Shown in pieces: positions 1-8,589 of a stretch of 50,679 nt of DNA. The stretch is from a virus (Duplodnaviria > Caudoviricetes). The DNA lies in IMG/VR virus record IMGVR_UViG_3300031578_000055, positions 1 through 50,679 of that record; one strand, written 5' to 3'. The notes beneath the pieces were generated by a model that did no database searches, had not been told where the DNA came from, and saw nothing but the letters and a program-made list of their open reading frames with translations. A program made the position numbers and the translations under genes. Position 1 is the first letter of the stretch; each line of letters opens with the position of its first letter.

Positions 1-2
1 TT

Positions 3-443
3 TCTATCGCTACAGATACAACATCATATGGGGAGTGGATTGATACTCTTGGATATAGAAGTCTAACAATTCCGTTGGATTTTGACTGGACCACAGATGG
101 AAATATTGCATCAGTAGGATTTCAGGGATCAAATGTTGCCGGTTATGCCGATGCAGCCGATTTACCTGATGCTGAAAATCTTTATTATCCTGATGATTTC
201 CCAGTAACAGCTGATGCACTTATCCATGTTGGATGTGTTGCAAAAGTAAGATATGTAAGATTAAAAATCGTTTCAACTGAGCATACATCTGGAAGCATAG
301 CAATTCCAAAAACTGCAGGACTATTACAGGATAGTTTAGTTAAACCTGCTGTAAAAGAATCTTCTGTTATTGCCGATGTTGATGTTATATCTCCTGGTGT
401 AACTGGTGACGCTGTATCAACACCTCCAAAACGAACAGCGTAA
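3..443 (+). CDS. Capsid decoration/cement-like protein (5' truncated)
   Basis: Frame is open from base 3 (SIATDTTSYGEWIDTLGYRSL...KVRYVRLKIV); resembles small beta-proteins that follow capsid genes; lies before head-tail connector. Confidence 0.55.
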   Translation, partial: SIATDTTSYGEWIDTLGYRSLTIPLDFDWTTDGNIASVGFQGSNVAGYADAADLPDAENLYYPDDFPVTADALIHVGCVAKVRYVRLKIVSTEHTSGSIAIPKTAGLLQDSLVKPAVKESSVIADVDVISPGVTGDAVSTPPKRTA

Positions 444-453
444 GGAGTAATTT

Positions 454-714
454 ATGAAGTTGGTCTTTAATATAGCAGGGAAATTTAAATCTGATAGAGA
501 TGTTATTATCGTTTCTGAAGATGATGTTCTTGCTGGAAAGATATTTGAAGTTTTCGCTTCTAATGGTGTTCAGTTTGTGGATACTGGTTCGGCTAAACAA
601 CCAGATGCACCAAAACCAAAAAAAGCACCAAAACCAAAAAAAGCACCTGAAGTGAAACCCGAACCTGAACCTGAAGATTTTGAACCAAAGAAAAAGTCTT
701 CAACAAAAAAATAA
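454..714 (+). CDS. Small Pro/Lys-rich head-region protein
   Basis: AAGGAG RBS; low-complexity tail with APKPKK repeated. Confidence 0.75.
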   Translation: MKLVFNIAGKFKSDRDVIIVSEDDVLAGKIFEVFASNGVQFVDTGSAKQPDAPKPKKAPKPKKAPEVKPEPEPEDFEPKKKSSTKK

Positions 715-720
715 AACATT

Positions 721-740
721 AGCCCTTCGGGGCTTTTGTT
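721..740 (+). terminator. Intrinsic terminator
   Basis: AGCCC-TTCG-GGGCT followed by TTTGTT. Confidence 0.75.
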
Positions 741-756
741 ATTTAAAGAGGATAAA

Positions 757-1500
757 ATGTATAAAGTAAGTCCTAACATAACTAGAAAAATAGATATTGA
801 TGAAACTGCAATTATAACACCGGCTTTAGTTGGTCAACAGTTAAATCTTGCTTCTGGATTAGTAACTAAAAACACTGTTTTAATTCAGCAATATATTGAT
901 ACGGCTATTGAACAAGTTGAAAAATATTCTTGGTTATCTCTTAGACGTACAACTTATGTATCAGAATTCACTTTACCTTCTGATATGTTTTATTCTTTTA
1001 TCAATGGAGATCTTAAATTGAGTCTTGAAAGATCCCCTATTCTTGCTTTAGCAGATATAACAAAAATAGAATATCTAAATAGTTCCGGTGTATATGTTGA
1101 ATTTGACCGGGGAGCTTTAACTTCTGAAGGATTATATTTAAATGTTACAGAAAAAATTGAACAAAGAGATTGGGCTTCGATTTATTTTATTACTTCTGTT
1201 CCTTACGATACAAGAATCAATGCATATAAAATAAAAGTTACATTTGTAGCAGGGTTTACAATAAGTGATGATCCAGTAACAGATATTCCACATAGTTTAA
1301 AAACTGCATTACTTCAGATTGTTGCATATTATTATACTAATCGAGGGGACTGTTCTGAAGCTGGCTGTGATCTTGGAGGATACCCTGTACCATGTTCAGC
1401 AAAGGCAATGATTGATTTATATGCTATTAGCAGAACGGTTATAGGCGGAGAATATACTCCAGCCTCAGATTGTGGTTGTGGATTTGGGTTCGGGTGTTAG
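757..1500 (+). CDS. Head-tail connector (HK97 gp6-like)
   Basis: ATG 757 after GAGG; motifs YIDTAIEQVEKY and IPHSLKTALLQIVAYYYTNRGD; synteny. Confidence 0.85.
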   Translation: MYKVSPNITRKIDIDETAIITPALVGQQLNLASGLVTKNTVLIQQYIDTAIEQVEKYSWLSLRRTTYVSEFTLPSDMFYSFINGDLKLSLERSPILALADITKIEYLNSSGVYVEFDRGALTSEGLYLNVTEKIEQRDWASIYFITSVPYDTRINAYKIKVTFVAGFTISDDPVTDIPHSLKTALLQIVAYYYTNRGDCSEAGCDLGGYPVPCSAKAMIDLYAISRTVIGGEYTPASDCGCGFGFGC

Positions 1501-1512
1501 GCTAAAATTACA

Positions 1513-1535
1513 GACTGCATCGGAATGATGCAGTC
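1513..1535. terminator. Hairpin between convergent genes
   Basis: GACTGCATC-GGAAT-GATGCAGTC, 9-bp perfect stem; no strong U-tract. Confidence 0.5.
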
Positions 1536-1547
1536 GGATAAAATGGG

Positions 1548-2174
1548 TTACTCTGCTTCCCATGCCTTTGAAAATTCCTCATTACCAAAAGCTTCCGCAA
1601 GTCCTGTTATTTGTTTGAGTCTCAACACTTCATCAGCATCCATTCCCAACTCTTTTGATATCTTTTTATCATTCCAGTTTCTTCTTGATAGTTCAATAAC
1701 AATATCTGACATAGCATCAATTTTGTGTTTCCCTCTTGCCCGATTATGTCTAATTGTTGAAGCTATTCGGTCATTTCTTCCCTCTCTATTGTTCTTTATT
1801 TTTACTATTGGAAGATATCCATATATTCTTTTTTGTATTTCAGCGCATTCTTTCCCCACTCTATTCCTATGGAATCCGTCAACAACCTCTATTTTATTTT
1901 TTTGATTTTCAGATGTAACTATAGGCTGTGTAAATCCATCCTCTTCTATTGACAATCTTAAAAGTTCCATTTCTGGAGGTGCAACGGCATTAGGGTTGTA
2001 ATCATTTGCAGTAACTTCCTTGTTTTTGACCCATAGAACACAATCAACAGGTTCTCCTTTTAAAGGTGACCTTTCATGTAAATATATTTTTAACCAATTA
2101 ATAATTTCAATCTTTTCATCTATTGAAATATCTGTTTCTAGTTTTTCAATCATATCTTGCGCAATTTTTTTCAT
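1548..2174 (-). CDS. ibrB: ParB/Srx-like protein (IbrB/YbdM family)
   Basis: ANDYNPNAVAPPEMELL, VVDGFHR, RIASTIRHNRARGKH, C-terminal HTH; coupled to IbrA-like gene. Confidence 0.9.
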   Translation of the reverse strand: MKKIAQDMIEKLETDISIDEKIEIINWLKIYLHERSPLKGEPVDCVLWVKNKEVTANDYNPNAVAPPEMELLRLSIEEDGFTQPIVTSENQKNKIEVVDGFHRNRVGKECAEIQKRIYGYLPIVKIKNNREGRNDRIASTIRHNRARGKHKIDAMSDIVIELSRRNWNDKKISKELGMDADEVLRLKQITGLAEAFGNEEFSKAWEAE

Positions 2175-3388
2175 ATTTTATACCCTTCTTTTCTTCTTTT
2201 CTTTTTTATTCTAGTCATGTATTGCTCATAAAAGAAACCACTTTTTGTCTGTGTGAAATTAAGCCCTTTAGCCCAGTAGTCATTTCTTAATAACATCTTT
2301 GCTATTCTTCTCCATGATGGAGCTTTTCTTTCTGCTTCTTGTTTTTTGTCTACAGTGTCAGGAATACCATTTGAATATCCTCTTTTTTTATACCATTCAA
2401 TAAAAACATATATTTTATTTTTATAATGTTCCATCATTTTTTCTGGCATGCTCTCCATTAACATCATAGAAAAACTTTCCCATGTGTGTCCTTCGGGCAA
2501 AGTAACTTTTTGCTGTCCTGAAATATTGCCTGAATATTGTACAAAATCAGATCCTGAATTAGCGCCATTAACGCGGGCAACAATTTTCGCCCACGATTCA
2601 GGCTCGATTATGTGATATAACCACAAGCCTTTTCTTTGATCATACCCATAAGGCTGACAGATCCTTTGTTGATGAATGGTTAATCCTGCTTTGCTCATTA
2701 GATCATAAAGTCTGTTATATTTCTTCTGGAATTTCCCGTTATATCTCCAGATATCTTGAGTTTTCCAATCATATATCGGGTAGGCATTATATACTGGCAT
2801 ATCCCACAATTTAGTTGTCCATTTATAGTCTGAAAACGTCTTTTTCTTTTTGCTTGCAATTGTCCTGTATCTATTCAAAGATTCGTCAGTTCTAATCCCT
2901 ACAAAGCAAGCGGTTGGCAACCCTTCTGAATACCATTCCCCGAATAATGGAACAAACTCTTCAAATTCCATATCTCTTTTAAAAAATGGGAAGAAAGATT
3001 CGTCTGTTATAGCAAATTCAGGTGGCGTTCTAACCCATATTTCTTTTTTATCTGGATTCCAACATTGCCATTTAGGCTGATAAACAGAAACTGAATTACT
3101 AAGCGCTATTGGAAGAGAAACCCAGAATGGATCTATGAACTCTGAATATTCTTTATACATTTCTAATAAATGTTCTATTGTTATTTTATATTGGGCTTCC
3201 AGGTCAACGAATAAAACTCCTATTTTCTTTTTTCTTTTTATTGCTTCATCCATTACTAGATGAAGCATTACAGAAGAGTCTTTCCCCCCAGAAAATGATA
3301 AATATATTTTAGGGAAATATTCAAATATGATCTCTATTCTTTTTTTTGCTTCTGTATATACATCAGATTCCAAATATTTCTTACCCAC
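2171..3388 (-). CDS. ibrA: PAPS-reductase family protein with DUF3440 (IbrA/YbdN family)
   Basis: SFSGGKDS PP-loop, GIRTDESLNR, YPIYDW, QRICQPYG; likely GTG start at 3388 after GGGGG RBS (405 aa). Confidence 0.9.
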   Translation of the reverse strand: MGKKYLESDVYTEAKKRIEIIFEYFPKIYLSFSGGKDSSVMLHLVMDEAIKRKKKIGVLFVDLEAQYKITIEHLLEMYKEYSEFIDPFWVSLPIALSNSVSVYQPKWQCWNPDKKEIWVRTPPEFAITDESFFPFFKRDMEFEEFVPLFGEWYSEGLPTACFVGIRTDESLNRYRTIASKKKKTFSDYKWTTKLWDMPVYNAYPIYDWKTQDIWRYNGKFQKKYNRLYDLMSKAGLTIHQQRICQPYGYDQRKGLWLYHIIEPESWAKIVARVNGANSGSDFVQYSGNISGQQKVTLPEGHTWESFSMMLMESMPEKMMEHYKNKIYVFIEWYKKRGYSNGIPDTVDKKQEAERKAPSWRRIAKMLLRNDYWAKGLNFTQTKSGFFYEQYMTRIKKKRRKEGYKI

Positions 3389-3737
3389 AAATAGCCCCCA
3401 CAAACTCATAAAAAGCTTCTCTAGTTTTAGCCCCTGAGAAGTGGCTTTTTGATGTTCTAAAATCAGAATCAATAACAGACTCAAAAAAACATGTCTTGAA
3501 TACCCATTCGTTGTTTACAGCATCATAATATAATTTATCAAGAAACGAATGCGCTTCGTTATTATTTTGGCTCCACAATTCGCAATACAATCTTACGTGC
3601 CCAAAATTAGACCAAACCCAGGATTCTTGTATTGCTTTTAGATCCTTTATTATATCTTGCATATTTACTAAATTTTCAGCCACACAATACGGAATATCTA
3701 AATTTTTGGACGCAAATTTTATAACAGCGTTTTCCAT
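3381..3737 (-). CDS. Hypothetical protein
   Basis: Strong AAAGGAG RBS; overlaps ibrA start. Confidence 0.8.
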   Translation of the reverse strand: MENAVIKFASKNLDIPYCVAENLVNMQDIIKDLKAIQESWVWSNFGHVRLYCELWSQNNNEAHSFLDKLYYDAVNNEWVFKTCFFESVIDSDFRTSKSHFSGAKTREAFYEFVGAICG

Positions 3738-3750
3738 GATTCTCTCCTTT

Positions 3751-3766
3751 AGCCTCCGGAGAGGCT
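3751..3766 (-). promoter_or_regulatory. UNCG hairpin abutting RBS (copy 1 of 3)
   Basis: AGCCTC-TCCG-GAGGCT then AAAGGAG on minus strand. Confidence 0.7.
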
Positions 3767-3790
3767 GTTTGCATAATCTCTATCCATTGA

Positions 3791-3985
3791 TTATTCGTAA
3801 TGTTTATTTCCCGGATCTATTATATTTTTTTCTGCTTCTAATAGGTCTGTGTATGATGCATTAACAAATGTACCATTATATTCTTGGTTGTTTATCTCAA
3901 AATGTTTTCTAGCTGAAGATCTTCTGTATGCTCCAAATATTTCACCATTCATTTTAAAAACTTTTACTATCATTTTCTTTGTCAT
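3791..3985 (-). CDS. Hypothetical protein
   Basis: AAAGGAG RBS; first gene after promoter at 4010-4038. Confidence 0.8.
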   Translation of the reverse strand: MTKKMIVKVFKMNGEIFGAYRRSSARKHFEINNQEYNGTFVNASYTDLLEAEKNIIDPGNKHYE

Positions 3986-4009
3986 CTTTTATCTCCTTTA
4001 CCTATTTTA

Positions 4010-4038
4010 AATATAACGCTATAGCGTTAAGAAGTCAA
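4010..4038 (-). promoter_or_regulatory. Sigma70-type promoter with palindromic operator
   Basis: TTGACT-17-TATATT with TAACGCTATAGCGTTA palindrome (4014-4029); near copy at 46441. Confidence 0.8.
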
Positions 4039-4081
4039 GTATATAATTGAAAATAAATAAAAAAGATGATATTATTTTTAT

Positions 4082-4522
4082 ATGGCTAAAAATAGATGTG
4101 TAAGAACGCAATTTAATAAAGAAATTCTTTGTGCTGGAACAATGAATGATTATCTACTGATTTTATCCAGAGCAATAACAGGAACAGAACCAGGGCAATC
4201 AATACAGGCAAGTGAAACTTTCACTCAGATCGTTGATTATGCCGGATATCTGGAAGCATCAAAACCAACTCAGAGATGGAACGGCGTTTCAATGGAAGAC
4301 CAGAGTGCACCTAATTACACTCATGTTTGTTATATTCCGTTTGATCCAGTTACATATAAATTGGATGTTGGAAAATTGTTTGTTAAAAAACAGGGTGACA
4401 CCTCAGATCTGGATCGGTTATTTAAATTGAAAAGTATTAATAATTTTGGAGAACAGGATGAATACCTGCAATTACGATTAGCTGAAACTGGTTTTGCTGA
4501 ACTTGATGGATCTCATGGCTGA
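4082..4522 (+). CDS. Head closure/head-tail adaptor protein
   Basis: Size, synteny, C-terminal FKLKSINNFGEQDEYLQLRL; no RBS, promoter TTGAAA-17-TATTAT directly upstream. Confidence 0.65.
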   Translation: MAKNRCVRTQFNKEILCAGTMNDYLLILSRAITGTEPGQSIQASETFTQIVDYAGYLEASKPTQRWNGVSMEDQSAPNYTHVCYIPFDPVTYKLDVGKLFVKKQGDTSDLDRLFKLKSINNFGEQDEYLQLRLAETGFAELDGSHG

Positions 4523-4928
4523 TCCTAGAGGATATCATTACCACCGGGATATAATGGTCGGTAGAGAGCTATTAAAACATAAAGATAATATAAGAAATGC
4601 TCTTAGGATTCATGGAAAAGAAGTCAAAACAGAACTGGAAAAAGTTGTTTCGACCGGAACAAGAACAGGAAGAGTTTATACATATAGAGGCCGGAAATAT
4701 ACAGCATCAGCAGAAGGGGAACCACCAGCTTTAAGATCCGGGAGGCTTGCAAAAAGTTTTTCCTATAAATCAAGGGCTATGGAACTTGTAATCGGCAATA
4801 GTGCAAAATCAGATAAAGGATTTAATTATCCTGGGTTTTTAGAAAAAGAAATGAATAGACCATATTTTTTAGTTACAATCAATTCACTTCATTCAAGATT
4901 ACAAACAGATTTACAGAGTTTATATTAG
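4515..4928 (+). CDS. Neck/tail completion protein (HK97 gp10-like)
   Basis: RTGRVY...ASAEGEPPALRSGRLAKS...RPYF motifs; synteny. Confidence 0.75.
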   Translation: MADPRGYHYHRDIMVGRELLKHKDNIRNALRIHGKEVKTELEKVVSTGTRTGRVYTYRGRKYTASAEGEPPALRSGRLAKSFSYKSRAMELVIGNSAKSDKGFNYPGFLEKEMNRPYFLVTINSLHSRLQTDLQSLY

Positions 4929-4966
4929 AAAGTTGTATTTTTATTTATATTACTGTAAAATAACTT

Positions 4967-6070
4967 ATGAGTTTTTTTAGTCCATCAGCAATTTTAGATC
5001 ATTTAATGGAATATATTCCTAGATTATCAGACCGTTTTTCAAATAACGCTCTTGTTTCCGCTGCTATTATAGCCGGAACTCCGCAAACTTTAAGAGTTAC
5101 AGATAATTTACACGGACTATCTGCAGGTGGTGAAGTTGTTTTAATTGGTGGGAAAACAAATAATCCTATAACAGCGGTTTCTTTAATAGTGGATCCCATC
5201 GGTGGTGATGTATTACGGTTTACAACAAATAAAGATCATAACCTTACTCTTAATTATACATTAACAGTAGATCTTTCAGGATTTACTAATCCCATATTCA
5301 ACGGTACTTTTACAGTTATTTCGGTTCCTTCCAGAAATCTATTTGAAATTTCAGGATCAACTTTACCGGTATTAAATGGAAATGAAGTTCTTGTCGAAGA
5401 ATGGGAAGTAGGAATAAACGGATTGTTTTTTATTGATTCAATTGTTGATGTAAATACTTACGATATTTTATTAACCGGGAAACCAGAATTTGAACCACAA
5501 ACAGTTCCTATTTTAAAAAGATCTTCTATTTTTAAAATGAGTATTGCTATTGATGCCGAACGAGCCAGATCTTTATATACACCTCAACCAAATGACAAAT
5601 CTGTATTGTGGTTATTCGTAATAATGGGAGATGCATCAGCTTCTAAAGATAGAAAAGTTTTGTCTGATGCAAACCAAACAAATACAGCCGGTCAGGGTGA
5701 TAGAACATTAATGATAAATACATTTTCCGTATTAGTATTTTTTCCAACATCCACCGAAACAGCCGGGGCGTTGGCTTCAGATTTAGCATGGAATGAAATA
5801 TATAAAGTTCTACTTGCCGTAGGTGCTGGAATAAAATTTGATGATTTCGGGACTTCCCCTTATAGAACATCTTTAATAGATCACGGTACGGCTATTTATA
5901 CAAATGCTTTTTATGCTCATGCTTATACTTTTGAATATTGTTATCAAGTCACCCAGGAAGAACAATTCCTTACACAATTTATTGAGTCTGTACCGTTTCG
6001 AGATAATGCTATTTCAAGCAATGAAGAAGATGAAGGATCTAACATCGATCTTGATGAAGAGCCAACTTGA
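4967..6070 (+). CDS. Tail terminator/neck protein with inserted beta domains
   Basis: Position just before sheath; two internal H(G/N)L...(N)GTF-type repeats. Confidence 0.55.
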   Translation: MSFFSPSAILDHLMEYIPRLSDRFSNNALVSAAIIAGTPQTLRVTDNLHGLSAGGEVVLIGGKTNNPITAVSLIVDPIGGDVLRFTTNKDHNLTLNYTLTVDLSGFTNPIFNGTFTVISVPSRNLFEISGSTLPVLNGNEVLVEEWEVGINGLFFIDSIVDVNTYDILLTGKPEFEPQTVPILKRSSIFKMSIAIDAERARSLYTPQPNDKSVLWLFVIMGDASASKDRKVLSDANQTNTAGQGDRTLMINTFSVLVFFPTSTETAGALASDLAWNEIYKVLLAVGAGIKFDDFGTSPYRTSLIDHGTAIYTNAFYAHAYTFEYCYQVTQEEQFLTQFIESVPFRDNAISSNEEDEGSNIDLDEEPT

Positions 6071-6119
6071 TAATATGTGAGTGTAGGGTATATAATTACG
6101 GTAACTAATAGGAGTCATA

Positions 6120-6305
6120 ATGTCAGATAAAAAGGAATACAGGGTGACAAAACCTTGGGGTAAACACAAAGTAGGTGATCTGCTCCCTAATTCGAGGGAA
6201 ATTCGCCGGAAAATTCAAGAGGGTGGATGCGTTGAAAAAATGGCTCCTGAAACCTCGAAAAATAAAATGCAGAAAGACACTGCTAAAAATAAAGGAGATG
6301 AATAA
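6120..6305 (+). CDS. Small pre-sheath protein (Mu gp38-like position)
   Basis: AGGAG RBS; IRRKIQEGGCV motif; stop overlaps sheath start. Confidence 0.65.
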   Translation: MSDKKEYRVTKPWGKHKVGDLLPNSREIRRKIQEGGCVEKMAPETSKNKMQKDTAKNKGDE

Positions 6306-7876
6306 TGAGTTCAACATCCCTTCCTAGAATTAATGGTCAACTTTTGGCAGCCGTTGGAGCTGTTGGACCCGAACCATTTAGAATGTTGATTACAGGACAG
6401 ACCGGTACTGCTGGAACTGCTGTTTCTGGTGCTACTACAAAAGATGTAGAAAGCCTAACAAATCTTGAAGTTACAACTTTATTTGGTGTAAACTCAGATT
6501 TAACAAACAGAATATTTAAAGCCCGTGACAAATGCCAGGGAAGATATTCAATATGGGTAATTTCTTTAGCTGCTGGAGCAGGAACCGCTGCAAGTGCTGC
6601 TCTGGCTTATGCAGGAACTGCTACTGAAGCCCGAAACATGGTTGTAAGACCTATTTCACAGAAACAATTTTCTTTTACAATCCCGGTTGCGATTGGTGAT
6701 ACTGCAAATGATGTGGCTGTTGCCGTTAAAGCAAAAATTGATGCTCTTGCGGATAATTTTCCTGCTACAAATGCATTAGTAACTGACACTCTAACATTAA
6801 CATCTGTTGATCTTGGAACAATTGGAAATAAATATGTTGTTGAGCATATAAGCATTCCTGCTGGAATAACAGTTAATACAAGTGTTGGAACTGATAAAGT
6901 TCAATTTACATCTGGTGCAACTGATCCTTCGTTGGTCGGATTATTTGACAATGTTGCTGCAACAAGATTTCATACAATTTTATATCCCTGGGAATCTGAT
7001 TTTCAGGAAGTTGAAGATTTCTTAAATCCTAGAAATGTTATTAATAATACATTTCTACACGGCGTTGCAATGATCGGATTTGATGATACTGAAGCAAATA
7101 TCAAAGCAAAAGTGAATGGAACAACTCCTCTTAATTCTCAGAACTTATTTTTCATGGGAAATAGAGTTGCTTCCGGTGTTGCTGCGTTTGTTGAACCTTC
7201 TGATTGGAGAACTGTCGAATTTGCAGCAATTGAAGGATTACGATTAACGGATGATGTTCCTATCGGATCTTATATTACAACATCGGCTCCTCTTGATGCT
7301 ATCGGTGGTCCTGGAAGTGCTTCTCTTGCTTATTATAATACTCCATTAGCTCAAACATCGGCTGTAGATCCTGATCAGTTATTTGATGAAACAGAACAGG
7401 TAAATCTTGGTGATGATGGATACACAATAATTGGTGTTAATACATCTGTTACTAATGCGATTATGGCAGAGGTTATCAGTACATATAAATTTAATATTCT
7501 TGGAAATCCTGATGTAAGTTTTAAATATTTAAATTATATCAGAACTTCATATCTTGCTTTTGAAATATTTTTCAGAACTCTTAAAGCGGATTATTCACAG
7601 AGCAGATTAACCGATGGAGAGTTAGTACCTGGAAGAGCGATTGCGAACGTTGGGTCTATAAAAGCAAATTACTCAAAAATATATAAACTATTGTCTTCTC
7701 CTGAATATGCTCTCACGCAAGCAGGAGCAGCAGCAGAATCATATTTCTTTAAGAATCTTACTCTTTCAGTTGATGTTTCTACCGGAACTGTTACGTCTGC
7801 AAATCCGTTGGCAATAGTAACACAAATTAGAGAATTTATAGTAACAATGCAAATTGCATTTACAGTTGGAGGGTAA
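6305..7876 (+). CDS. Tail sheath protein (Mu gpL-like)
   Basis: 523 aa; LITGQ N-terminus, YLNYIRT...QSRLT C-terminal region; followed by tube. Confidence 0.9.
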   Translation: MSSTSLPRINGQLLAAVGAVGPEPFRMLITGQTGTAGTAVSGATTKDVESLTNLEVTTLFGVNSDLTNRIFKARDKCQGRYSIWVISLAAGAGTAASAALAYAGTATEARNMVVRPISQKQFSFTIPVAIGDTANDVAVAVKAKIDALADNFPATNALVTDTLTLTSVDLGTIGNKYVVEHISIPAGITVNTSVGTDKVQFTSGATDPSLVGLFDNVAATRFHTILYPWESDFQEVEDFLNPRNVINNTFLHGVAMIGFDDTEANIKAKVNGTTPLNSQNLFFMGNRVASGVAAFVEPSDWRTVEFAAIEGLRLTDDVPIGSYITTSAPLDAIGGPGSASLAYYNTPLAQTSAVDPDQLFDETEQVNLGDDGYTIIGVNTSVTNAIMAEVISTYKFNILGNPDVSFKYLNYIRTSYLAFEIFFRTLKADYSQSRLTDGELVPGRAIANVGSIKANYSKIYKLLSSPEYALTQAGAAAESYFFKNLTLSVDVSTGTVTSANPLAIVTQIREFIVTMQIAFTVGG

Positions 7877-7882
7877 TAAAAT

Positions 7883-8272
7883 ATGAATGCTTTATCAGTA
7901 CCAGGGGTAAGTGTAAACAATGTCCCTATATTTATAGTTCCAAACACTTTTTCTTTTAAGATGGGAAAAGGTGAAACAAAAGTACGATCTGCTTCGGCTG
8001 GTGGTGGTGCTGCTTCATCAGTACATACCGAAGATGCAGAAGGTAAAATCGGAGAAATGAAATTCGAAATGTATGTCACTGAAGAAACATTAGAACTATT
8101 CAGTGCATGGAAAAAGAATCTCGGAATCAATGCTGTAACGGCTGAACAACCGGCTTCAACTCCATTGTCTGGCAGCCATATGTCATGCACTACAGATTCA
8201 GAGTTTAAAGCTACGGCCGATGGAACTGTTGAAATGATTTTTCAAGGGGATCCATTATCTGATAACTTTTAA
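7883..8272 (+). CDS. Tail tube protein
   Basis: 129 aa directly after sheath; ends DGTVEMIFQG. Confidence 0.8.
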   Translation: MNALSVPGVSVNNVPIFIVPNTFSFKMGKGETKVRSASAGGGAASSVHTEDAEGKIGEMKFEMYVTEETLELFSAWKKNLGINAVTAEQPASTPLSGSHMSCTTDSEFKATADGTVEMIFQGDPLSDNF

Positions 8273-8275
8273 TAT

Positions 8276-8304
8276 TATCCGGGTATAATGCCCGGATATT
8301 TTTT
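8276..8304 (+). terminator. Intrinsic terminator
   Basis: TATCCGGG...CCCGGATA then T-run. Confidence 0.75.
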
Positions 8305-8337
8305 ACTCATGGATCGAACAAATTCGTGAGGTGAAAA

Positions 8338-8589
8338 ATGGCAACATCAACAATACAGATACCAAAAAATACATGGACTTTAATCTCAGAAGTTTCAGTG
8401 AGATTTCAAGTTCAAGGTCAAACCCCATTAATTATAATTGAATCTGTTGCACTTCCAACTGATCTTGATATTCGGAAAGTGGCTTTTGCAGGTGGAATGT
8501 ATACATTTATAAAAGTTGATGGTGATTTTTATGCTTATTCTAAAGATACAAATAATGAAATATCAATAGAACCAGTGGAGGCTACATAA
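8338..8589 (+). CDS. Small hypothetical (possibly structural) protein
   Basis: GAGGTG RBS; TAATG coupling to next gene. Confidence 0.75.
   Translation: MATSTIQIPKNTWTLISEVSVRFQVQGQTPLIIIESVALPTDLDIRKVAFAGGMYTFIKVDGDFYAYSKDTNNEISIEPVEAT

Noticed and set aside
607-645. Tandem repeat GCACCAAAACCAAAAAAA
   Set aside because: Encodes a low-complexity APKPKK linker; ordinary
1525-1905. Plus-strand ORF and other long antisense ORFs (e.g. 7669-8190, 14698-15189, 25232-25648)
   Set aside because: Shadows of well-supported genes on the opposite strand; no RBS or motifs
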